DNA of 64,000 bases from an uncultured Fidelibacterota bacterium (GTDB lineage: Bacteria > Fidelibacterota > Marinisomatia > Marinisomatales > UBA1611), in NCBI GenBank assembly GCA_902562835.1, contig CACEUX010000002.1:35104-99103 (forward strand), read 5' to 3'. The notes under the pieces are model-generated. The model was not told where the DNA came from, made no database searches, and saw only the letters and a list, made by a program, of their open reading frames with translations. Each line of letters starts with the position of its first letter. Within the stretch, counting starts at the first letter, position 1. This document shows, piece after piece, positions 1 to 8,381 of this stretch. The translations under genes and the position numbers were made by a program.

Positions 1-690
1 TCCACGGTTACCTTTTTCATAACCACCCGTAGCAATAGCAGTATTTATACCAATAAGATCACCATCCATATTTAATAGCGCACCTCCACTATTACCTGGA
101 TTAATTGCGGCATCTGTCTGGATAAAATCTTCATAGCTACCGGAATTCAAAATATTGCTTCGACCAATTGCTGATACAATACCAGTGGTAACAGTATGAC
201 TCAAATTCTCAGAAAAAGGGCTTCCAACAGCCATAACCCATTCACCCACTCTAATATTTTCGGAATCTCCAATGCCAATATCTTCTAGGCCGTCAGCATC
301 AATTTTCAATACCGCTAGGTCAGTTTTAGGATCTGTTCCAATTATGGTAGCGTCAAACTCTCTTTTATCGATCAGTTTTACCCTGATACCATCCATCTCA
401 TCTACCACATGGTTGTTTGTGAGGATATATCCCTTCTTCGCATCAACTATGACCCCTGATCCTAAAGCATTTGTTTTGAACTCTCTTTGTCTTGGAATGT
501 TAGGCTGATAAAAAAAGAACCCAAAATCATCAAACTGATTTAATGATACTAGTTTATCGGTAATAATAGTGACCACTGCTGGTTTTGCTTTTTCAGCAAC
601 ATCAGCAAAGGCCTTGCTGAATTGTCGTACAACAGAATTTTGTGCTGTCGAAATACATATAAATAAGGCTGAAACAATTATTTTTTTCAT
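1..690 (-). CDS. htrA: HtrA/DegP-family periplasmic serine endoprotease, N-terminal part (gene runs off the left edge)
   Basis: Absent from the ORF track because the window edge truncates it. Reverse-complement translation from the ATG at 690-688 gives MKKIIVSALFICIS (signal peptide). It then shows ILTNNHVV (His), TDLAVLKI (Asp) and INPGNSGGALLNMDGDLIGINTAI (Ser), the S1C chymotrypsin-fold triad motifs. The PDZ domains would lie beyond position 1. Confidence 0.85.
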   Translation of the reverse strand, partial: MKKIIVSALFICISTAQNSVVRQFSKAFADVAEKAKPAVVTIITDKLVSLNQFDDFGFFFYQPNIPRQREFKTNALGSGVIVDAKKGYILTNNHVVDEMDGIRVKLIDKREFDATIIGTDPKTDLAVLKIDADGLEDIGIGDSENIRVGEWVMAVGSPFSENLSHTVTTGIVSAIGRSNILNSGSYEDFIQTDAAINPGNSGGALLNMDGDLIGINTAIATGGYEKGNRG

Positions 691-750
691 TTATAATCCT
701 AAATATTTATTACTTAAAATGCCTTTTAGGGAATTAGGTTCCCAAAAACT

Positions 751-784
751 AAAAAGCCCCGATATTTTTACACGGGGCCTTTTA
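751..784 (-). terminator. Candidate rho-independent terminator after the T9SS cargo gene
   Basis: GCCCCG (756-761) and CGGGGC (773-778) form a 6-bp GC stem with an 11-nt loop. The stem is flanked by an A-run on the plus strand, which reads as a T-run after the stem on the minus strand. It lies 17 nt beyond the stop codon at 801-803 and upstream of the htrA start at 690. Confidence 0.6.
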
Positions 785-800
785 AGTTTAGAGAAAAATA

Positions 801-3800
801 CTACTTCAAGAAAAGCATCTTTTTTGTATCATTGAATTGAACGGTATTGATAGCATAAAAATACATACCTGTTGCAACCTTATAGCCAGAATTATTTGTT
901 CCGTCCCAAATAATAGCATGGTAACCTGGTTGCATAATTCCAGAACTCAATGTTCTCACCTTCTGACCTGCCATATTAAATACACTAAGCTCAACATGAC
1001 CACCTTCAGGAAGATCAAATCTAATTTCCGTAGATGGATTAAATGGGTTTGGAAAATTCTGTTGAAGTAAAAATTGACCAGGAATCATTTTTATTTCTTG
1101 TGCATTAGAACGTAAAATAAAATCGATTAAATTACCATCAGCACCAGATAGTTTGACATTATCAAGATTTATTGAACCAGTCTCATAATTATCACCATTA
1201 AATTGCACTGGTATTGCTAAATATGATCTATTTTCATTTTCTATGAAACCACCATATAGCTCTGCAGCTAATAACTTAATTGTACCTAAATCATTATCTC
1301 TTGATGAAATCAGCACATTCTCTTGGAAATTGAATAACCTTGGAGACTCTATCTGCAAAATATCTGAATCGTAGTTTAATTCAAGTTCAATCCCTCTTAT
1401 AGGAGAATTATATTCGATATCAAGAAGCAACCTTGAATTATCCCAATCTGAAACTAGGTCAATATACGCGACCTCACTAGGATCAAAACTCATGGTTCTT
1501 CCTGTAGCTCCAAAAATAATATCGATCATCATGATGACATCAGCAATATTGATATCATCGTCCATATTAACATCTACATTCCTGAATTCATCATCAGTAG
1601 GGTAATCTTCTTCCAAAATAAAGTCAACTACAGTTAAAACGTCATTAATGTCAGTATCACTATCAAAATCAGCATCACCAGGTGCATATGGCACCGTACA
1701 TGCCACATTAGAGTGTCGTGATTCTAGTTCACCATAATCATCTGTACTCCAATAGGCAGAAACATTATAACAGTATTCTACATAATTAGGACTTGCTGAA
1801 ACTGTGGCAAAGGTATCTGTCGTTGCGACTACATACGTTTCATTACCATCGATATCAACCTCATACACTCTATACTCAACGAGGTCATCTCTATTTAATT
1901 CTCTTGGTGATGGATTTTGCGGTTCATATGGGGTGTTCAATTGAGTAACAATATCAGAATTATTGGACTGCATTCCACTTTCATGGCTTGTAGCATTGTA
2001 ATTAGTTATGACTCCAGATGTTGCATTTTCAACCTCAATATTCCCACCAGTAGCATTCATTGCATATTGATTGCCTGGGGCACCTAAAAATGTTGCTAAA
2101 ATTCCAAAATTACCTGTTAATCCGGGATCCCCACCTACAATTTCTTCTATTGTTGCCCATTCCGCACCTGTTGTAACCCAATTTCGATCATAATACTCTG
2201 GGGTTTGTGGTTCGATGTCGTTGGAAATACCTAAAAAACCACTACCGTTCTCATTGACAACAACATAGACATCACCACTACTTACTTCTACCCCTGCGCC
2301 CGAAACGTCAAACTGATATTGCACTAGTTCATCAGGCGCCGATAGATCTACAGATGCAACAAGATTTATTGGGTCTCCTACCGGCCCTACAATTGAGGCA
2401 TCTGGATCTAAGTAGACATCCACATTAGCCGCTACTGCATTTCCCCCACCTTGCAAGGAGAGCACAAGTCCAGTCAGAAGGGCAGGATAATTTGGAGGGG
2501 TGAAGCGTACTCCAAATTGACAAGGTGCACCACAGCCTATCTGCGCCTCAAAAGAATCATCATAGTAAGCTATATCATAAAAATCCACACCACCAGGCTG
2601 ACGCCACTGTAAATATACCTGTTCATCTAATGGATAGGCATTCAAGCCCACTGGGCTCGGCATATCTGGACTCATTTCAAAGTTTTGAATGGTTGGGTCT
2701 GCTTGAGCTAGTACCTCAACTTCTGCATTAGTTGTATAAAATCCAGATTTTCTAACTTGGACGGTATTCGACCCAACATCTAGGTTCATGAGGGTATAGA
2801 CACCATCTGCACCAGTTGTGTCTGATGTGCTTCCAGATGTAACCACCACACCATCTAACAGAGCATCATTTGGGTCTGTCACCGTTCCAGTAACATCACC
2901 GTAAACATACACTGACTGAGCGACTAAATTTACCGGGTCACTTTCATAATTTTCTTGACCTTCAGCTCCTTCATATACAGCAGTTACCCCAAAAGTGTAC
3001 TCCTGTTCATTGTCTAAATTGTAAAAAGTATAGCCAGTTGTATCAAAAATCTCATCATTATTAAGAGCTCCATCCAAATAGACGTTATATCCCATAAAAT
3101 CATATTCATTCCTACTATCTCTTCCATTTGAAGTGACAGAAAAATTGTCAACCAACCACCAATTTATGTCAAAGGTTGTCGAACCATAACAATGGAATCT
3201 CACAAAAAGATTGCCTGATAAACCGGTTATATCATAACTATAATTTGTAAAAGTGAACTCTGCTCCCCCATTTGAGAATTCTTCTAGAATGGTCCAGTTC
3301 ACATCATTCCCTGTTTTGTACTCTGCTGCTAGAAACTCAGTGCCAGTTTCTGACCAATTATCAAACTCCAGGTCAAATGAAACTGTGGCCTCTGTTATAT
3401 CACCTAATGGTATAACAGGAGAGTATAAGCTTTGATCATAGTTGGTCGCAGTTGGACTCCAATTAAATCTAAAGGATGGCTCTGGATTACCTGTGAACTC
3501 GTCATAATACCAGTTTTCACCTCCATCTACCAACCAAAGATCTAGAAGGCCACCTGCATCGAAAGATTCATAATAGGGTACACCAAGGTTATTTACCTCT
3601 GGAGCAGTCCAATAAACCGATACTTCCTCATCCCAAACCTCAGCATATACATTAGTTGGTGGAAGAGGATCGAAAGTGCTAGGAACACCACATACGGTTT
3701 CCGTTGGTTCAGACTCCCCTTCATCGTAGAGTGCTGTTATATAATAACAGTATTCAGTTCCATTTGTGAGGTCGCCATGGGTAAAAGAAAGTTCAGGCGT

Positions 3801-4577
3801 GCAGGTCAAAATTGTATTATCAGCGGCATTGTAAACCCGGTAGCAGGTAAAAGTACCACACTCTTCCGGAATATCTCTTGATTGACTACTTAAAGTATAT
3901 CGAAAAGGATCCATAACCTCTGAAGAATAAGTGTCTATAGCATCTTGAGCATATCCTAGGTCTTCCATTTTAATTACTTCATCAGGCCACACGGTTCTGA
4001 TCGAGTTGTTAGCATGATCATTATTTGTCCTGTTCCCAGTAATACTAATTGATATCTCATAATTACCTGTTGCACCTCCAAAACCATCAACCACAACATA
4101 GTACTGACCGGGTTGAAGAGTCACAGCCCATAATCCACTTGGAGGATATGGAGCAACGTAATCAGGACAGTTGGTGTAATCATCATCATTATAATTTCCA
4201 GTCGATACTGGTGTAATGCAGTCCTGATCACTGGTAAAAATCTCAAGTTTTGAATCATAATCAGTCACATTGGAGCATAAAGTGAAATCATATGTAGTTG
4301 CCTCGCTTACATTGAGAGTATAGGCTACATCTTCGCCTTGTGAGCCCGAGACAGGCCAATCATCACCCATTCCTGAATTATTACCCTGATCTAAAAATGG
4401 CATTTCATCAACCGAATAATCACCACAACCAATATTACCTACTGGTTCACCCCAGGAAACTATATTTTCTTCATTACCACCAAAAACATTTATACTTGCT
4501 GGTGGACATAGCTCTTCATCTTGAGAAAAAAGGAAATGATTAAAAGTAAAAAGGAATGTTGTAAGTATTAGCCTCAT
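801..4577 (-). CDS. Large secreted multidomain surface protein with T9SS C-terminal sorting domain, dockerin-like and cohesin-like modules
   Basis: ORF track 801..4583 starts at GTG; an ATG two codons in (4577) gives MRLILTTFLFTF, a signal peptide. Domains, N to C: a pre-peptidase/PPC-like module (YYVVVDGFGGATGNYEISISI) and three FN3-like modules (YRVYNAAD..., YNVYLDG..., YRVYEVD...). Then a MAM/choice-of-anchor-like module and a CarboxypepD_reg-like module (GTVTDPNDALLDGVVVTSGS...GVYTLMNLDVGSNTV). Then duplicated dockerin-type Ca-binding segments (DFDSDTDINDVLTVVDFIL / DVNMDDDINIADVIMMIDIIFG) and a cohesin-like module. The T9SS CTD begins with NFPNPFNPST (nt 1029-1058). Confidence 0.8.
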   Translation of the reverse strand: MRLILTTFLFTFNHFLFSQDEELCPPASINVFGGNEENIVSWGEPVGNIGCGDYSVDEMPFLDQGNNSGMGDDWPVSGSQGEDVAYTLNVSEATTYDFTLCSNVTDYDSKLEIFTSDQDCITPVSTGNYNDDDYTNCPDYVAPYPPSGLWAVTLQPGQYYVVVDGFGGATGNYEISISITGNRTNNDHANNSIRTVWPDEVIKMEDLGYAQDAIDTYSSEVMDPFRYTLSSQSRDIPEECGTFTCYRVYNAADNTILTCTPELSFTHGDLTNGTEYCYYITALYDEGESEPTETVCGVPSTFDPLPPTNVYAEVWDEEVSVYWTAPEVNNLGVPYYESFDAGGLLDLWLVDGGENWYYDEFTGNPEPSFRFNWSPTATNYDQSLYSPVIPLGDITEATVSFDLEFDNWSETGTEFLAAEYKTGNDVNWTILEEFSNGGAEFTFTNYSYDITGLSGNLFVRFHCYGSTTFDINWWLVDNFSVTSNGRDSRNEYDFMGYNVYLDGALNNDEIFDTTGYTFYNLDNEQEYTFGVTAVYEGAEGQENYESDPVNLVAQSVYVYGDVTGTVTDPNDALLDGVVVTSGSTSDTTGADGVYTLMNLDVGSNTVQVRKSGFYTTNAEVEVLAQADPTIQNFEMSPDMPSPVGLNAYPLDEQVYLQWRQPGGVDFYDIAYYDDSFEAQIGCGAPCQFGVRFTPPNYPALLTGLVLSLQGGGNAVAANVDVYLDPDASIVGPVGDPINLVASVDLSAPDELVQYQFDVSGAGVEVSSGDVYVVVNENGSGFLGISNDIEPQTPEYYDRNWVTTGAEWATIEEIVGGDPGLTGNFGILATFLGAPGNQYAMNATGGNIEVENATSGVITNYNATSHESGMQSNNSDIVTQLNTPYEPQNPSPRELNRDDLVEYRVYEVDIDGNETYVVATTDTFATVSASPNYVEYCYNVSAYWSTDDYGELESRHSNVACTVPYAPGDADFDSDTDINDVLTVVDFILEEDYPTDDEFRNVDVNMDDDINIADVIMMIDIIFGATGRTMSFDPSEVAYIDLVSDWDNSRLLLDIEYNSPIRGIELELNYDSDILQIESPRLFNFQENVLISSRDNDLGTIKLLAAELYGGFIENENRSYLAIPVQFNGDNYETGSINLDNVKLSGADGNLIDFILRSNAQEIKMIPGQFLLQQNFPNPFNPSTEIRFDLPEGGHVELSVFNMAGQKVRTLSSGIMQPGYHAIIWDGTNNSGYKVATGMYFYAINTVQFNDTKKMLFLK

Positions 4578-4692
4578 TTTCACGGCATATCTCCCGTTAT
4601 AAATTGATTAAAAATTTCTATACTGGCTCAATGTAAAATAAGCCTTTCCCTACTCGAATTTAGGAACTCTCTCGAGTAATTCAATCAAATTT

Positions 4693-7600
4693 CTAAAGAC
4701 TTCGTTGGAAACTAAAGACCCAATTATCAAAATTAATTTTTGATTCATTTCCATCGTATATAAAACATGGGATATCAATTCTAAAAAATATATCTTTTTC
4801 AAATAGACTTGTATTAATGCGCAATCCGAAACCAGCGTCTGCGAGGACTCTATCAGAAAAATGGTCATTAAGCCGTTGTCTTGCATCTTTTTCCCTATCC
4901 CAAAAGATTCCTCCATCAAAAAATGTGGAAAACTCAAAATTAATGTCAGATCTGTCTGGACTTGCCAAGTTCTTATGGATACTTATTTCAGTGGAACTGC
5001 CTACTAATGCCTCGGCACCTCGCTCACCCCTACCAACAAAGCCTCGTATATTGCCTTCACCTGGAAGATGATAATGAGCATATAGAGATTCTAAACCGTA
5101 GAACTGGTCAACAAGATAATTTTTTCGCAACATATCATTTGAACTATTGCCTTCTATATTATACCCCTCTTGACCAGGAACTCCTAACTCATCTGCCCAT
5201 ATTTTACCTGCGATGAACCTTTGCTTGAAATGAAGTGTGATATTTCTATCTAGGTCAGGCCTTTTCTTACTTTCTATACCCAATACTTTCTTCCATTTGA
5301 GGGCCCAGGTTGATGTCAATCGGTTAAAATTCCACTTTGAGAATGGGCCAATTGTTGTTGCTCCATTTAATTTAAACGATAAAGGCCCTACTCCCGTATC
5401 CCAGCCCAAGTACCCTACAGCAAGTTTTCCGCTTGTATCATACCCCAATGGCTCTGCCCTTTTTGCATCATATTCAGGCTGAACATAGAACCCAACAGAA
5501 AATATATGAGTAGGGGTTCTACCATAAACCTTATTCCATTTTTTTTCAACCTCACTTCCAAATTCTTTTACTCCAGGTCTATCAAATCCCCAGAAATAGA
5601 ATGTGGATCTCGGAAAAAAGTGGACAGATTGTCTCCAGCCACTTAAATACCAAAATAACTTTTGTGATTCTAGTGCATAATTTGCACGAACAGTCGTACT
5701 CTCATATGGGCCATAATTACGATCAATATTAATTCCTGGGGCTAGATCTGATCCATCAGCATTATAGTAAATGTATGGAGTCCAAAGGTAAACCATCTCA
5801 TCTCGAGGCTGATACCATAACCCTGGCCAGTCAAATAAGATCCTTCTTTTCATACTTGTGGAATTATTTCTAAGATCTAGATCAACTGTCTGCACGTCAG
5901 GATCTAGAGTTACAGATACTGGTTTTTTATTTACTGAGTATTTTAGGGTATCCTGGAAACGCCATAAATGATTATCCCACCACCTACGATCAGTTGTACC
6001 ATCCTCAAATTTTGTCTCAACCAACATTGGCATAAAACGTGTACCTTTACTATTTATACCCAACTCAATATTCCAGCTATTATCACTATTTTGTAGTTTT
6101 TTGAATGATGAGATCTCATAGTCTAAATGTCTCGTCGTATGCAACCAAGGTCCAAAAAACCAGTCTAGGTCTTGTCCTACAAACTCTTCGACAGAATCTA
6201 TGAATCGAACCTCATTTACATGTTTTAATTTCCATTTTTCATAATAATGCTGCATCGCTGCATAGTAAAGAGAGTCTCCTAAAATATATTTTAATTCAAA
6301 AAGCATTAACGATGGCTTGGTATACGCATTGTTACTATAGGCATACCCATTGTTGAATAAATAGGAAGGCCTGCTAATATTTTCATCATATCCACTACGC
6401 ATAAATCTGATCGCTCGCCACTGATCTGAGTGTAGGTCATTCTCAAGAGGCCATAACCTTTTTGGTAGTTTATCGTAACCCTCATATAAGTCCGTATCAA
6501 AGCCATGGTCTCCGTAGCGCGTCATCATATAATGCGTTGTCTGCATCGTGGTGAAACCCTCATCTAACCATGCTTCATTCACTTCATCATTAGCAACAAT
6601 ACCATAGAAATAAATATGACCATATTCGTGAACGATCAGGCCCTCGCTATCACGACCATTCATTACTAACATTGGATACTCCATACCTCCACTTTTTATT
6701 CTATCCGTAGTCGTAATCTGAGGATAGGTATAATTACCAAACTTCTTTTCTAACCAATCGATAGCATTAATTGAACGTTCAAGAACAACTTTTGTCCATT
6801 CCTCTCCACGTTCCTTATCATAAAGAACATGTACATCTGTTTCACCATCACCACTTACACCACCTTCATATAAGAAGTCTTTAGATGCGACAAAGGCAAA
6901 GTCATGTACATTTTCTGCAAGAAAGGTAACTGTTCTTCTTATATCTTCATCAGGCTCAGATAATGTCGTATTAAAAATATCAAGCCAAACACTGTAATCA
7001 AGAGACGTATCAACCTGAACGTCCAACCACCCTGGGTCTCCTTTGGTCACTACTCCACTTGCCGCAATAATAAAGGATTTAGGAATATCAAACTTTACAT
7101 TAAAGTCGCCAAACTCTCCGTAGAACTCCCCCTGAGCGTGGAAAACATCAGCATGCCAACCTGTTTGGTCATACACTACCATTTTAGGATACCACTGGGC
7201 CATATTGTACTGGCCTGCATAATACCCTGCCCGCTCAACCATTTCACCTACATGATGTGTCCAGTCTAGATCAATTCTTATTGTCTGACCTGGTGCAACT
7301 TTTTTTAAAAGTTTAGCTTCTAGTATGGTGTCATCAATTTTGAAATCATCTAGTATCAGATCTTTATGGATCCAAGACGACCCTTCCTTTGGAAGGGCAA
7401 CTGAAAATTCATGAATATCTATCTTACTCAAGTGAGCTTCTAGACCATCCTTAAAATACTTTGCCCTAGATATCCTTCCAGCATGACCAATGTACTCTCT
7501 GTATTTAACCGAACCCTTTTGAAAAGCGTTTGGGTAGAGATGCATATAGATACGGTCTAATGAGTCTGGAGAGTTATTCGTATATTTGATCATGGTCTTA

Positions 7601-7764
7601 CCCGTAATCTGGCGAACCGAGTCAAGGAGGGTTATCTCCATCTCATAGTCCACTTTTTGCTGCCAATAGCTATCTAAAGGATCGGCAGCTACATAATCAA
7701 AAAGGACAAAAAGAAGATACAGAGAACAAAAAAGTGATCTTAGATGTATTTTAAGCAACCGCAA
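4693..7764 (-). CDS. M1-family zinc metallopeptidase fused to a C-terminal Omp85/BamA-type beta-barrel
   Basis: TTG start followed by a signal-like N-terminus. GGMEYP exopeptidase-type motif; HEYGH (nt 6616-6630) plus downstream WLDEGF form the HExxH-E gluzincin signature of family M1. The C-terminal ~380 aa carry the Omp85 loop-6 motif IRGF (nt 5038-5049), the FxDxG-type motif FFDGG (nt 4909-4923) and DAGFGLRI. Confidence 0.8.
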   Translation of the reverse strand: MRLLKIHLRSLFCSLYLLFVLFDYVAADPLDSYWQQKVDYEMEITLLDSVRQITGKTMIKYTNNSPDSLDRIYMHLYPNAFQKGSVKYREYIGHAGRISRAKYFKDGLEAHLSKIDIHEFSVALPKEGSSWIHKDLILDDFKIDDTILEAKLLKKVAPGQTIRIDLDWTHHVGEMVERAGYYAGQYNMAQWYPKMVVYDQTGWHADVFHAQGEFYGEFGDFNVKFDIPKSFIIAASGVVTKGDPGWLDVQVDTSLDYSVWLDIFNTTLSEPDEDIRRTVTFLAENVHDFAFVASKDFLYEGGVSGDGETDVHVLYDKERGEEWTKVVLERSINAIDWLEKKFGNYTYPQITTTDRIKSGGMEYPMLVMNGRDSEGLIVHEYGHIYFYGIVANDEVNEAWLDEGFTTMQTTHYMMTRYGDHGFDTDLYEGYDKLPKRLWPLENDLHSDQWRAIRFMRSGYDENISRPSYLFNNGYAYSNNAYTKPSLMLFELKYILGDSLYYAAMQHYYEKWKLKHVNEVRFIDSVEEFVGQDLDWFFGPWLHTTRHLDYEISSFKKLQNSDNSWNIELGINSKGTRFMPMLVETKFEDGTTDRRWWDNHLWRFQDTLKYSVNKKPVSVTLDPDVQTVDLDLRNNSTSMKRRILFDWPGLWYQPRDEMVYLWTPYIYYNADGSDLAPGINIDRNYGPYESTTVRANYALESQKLFWYLSGWRQSVHFFPRSTFYFWGFDRPGVKEFGSEVEKKWNKVYGRTPTHIFSVGFYVQPEYDAKRAEPLGYDTSGKLAVGYLGWDTGVGPLSFKLNGATTIGPFSKWNFNRLTSTWALKWKKVLGIESKKRPDLDRNITLHFKQRFIAGKIWADELGVPGQEGYNIEGNSSNDMLRKNYLVDQFYGLESLYAHYHLPGEGNIRGFVGRGERGAEALVGSSTEISIHKNLASPDRSDINFEFSTFFDGGIFWDREKDARQRLNDHFSDRVLADAGFGLRINTSLFEKDIFFRIDIPCFIYDGNESKINFDNWVFSFQRSL

Positions 7765-7778
7765 GTAGTAAAATATAT

Positions 7779-8381
7779 TTAAAGATAAGGTCTTAGATCC
7801 TTATAAAATACGGCTTCAGATCTAGGTCCGACATAACGCTGTCTTATAAAGCCATCCCTATCAATAATAAAGGTGGTAGGTATACCGGAGATTCTTTGAC
7901 CTGTGGCCTCTCCATATAATGCAGTAACCATTTGAGTTTCATTCCCCTCTATATCAGTGAGCAATGTATAATTAATACCCCATTTATCTGCAAAGCCTTG
8001 GATCTTTTTCGCAGAACCTGATGTTAGTGTTACACCCACGATCTCAAGACCATCTTTCTTATGTTTTTTTGCGAGTTTAATAAAGTCTGGTATCTCACGA
8101 CGACAGGGACCACACCAAGTACCCCAAAAGTTAAGTAATACAACTTTACCTTTTAACTGGTTGAGACTAACCCAATTACCCTCAAGGTCTGCAAGAGTAA
8201 AATCTGGGGCCTTAATTGCATTATCATTTTTTGTCTTTGACTGTACTGAGCCGGATTTTTTCTTATTACTCTGCGCGGTCGTATTATCGCAACCAATAAA
8301 GAGCGTTAAAGACATAATTAATATAATTATAGACATAACTGAGGTCATTTTAAAATGGACATCTTTTTTTAAAAAATTCAT
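7779..8381 (-). CDS. TlpA/ResA-like thiol-disulfide oxidoreductase lipoprotein (thioredoxin fold)
   Basis: Lipobox-like LFIGC. WCGPC active site (nt 8103-8117) inside the typical LLNFWGTWCGPCRREIP context. ATGA start/stop overlap with the upstream dsbD-like gene. Confidence 0.85.
   Translation of the reverse strand: MNFLKKDVHFKMTSVMSIIILIMSLTLFIGCDNTTAQSNKKKSGSVQSKTKNDNAIKAPDFTLADLEGNWVSLNQLKGKVVLLNFWGTWCGPCRREIPDFIKLAKKHKKDGLEIVGVTLTSGSAKKIQGFADKWGINYTLLTDIEGNETQMVTALYGEATGQRISGIPTTFIIDRDGFIRQRYVGPRSEAVFYKDLRPYL

Noticed and set aside
272-835. Plus-strand ORFs 272..508 and 569..835.
   Set aside because: They are antisense to the truncated htrA gene, whose reverse-complement translation shows all three catalytic motifs, or they span the intergenic terminator. 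Neither has a motif of its own.
4650-4937. A 95-aa minus-strand ORF overlapping the 3' end of the M1-Omp85 gene.
   Set aside because: It is in a different frame across the region that encodes the conserved FFDGG and DAGFGLRI barrel motifs. The long ORF explains the sequence better.
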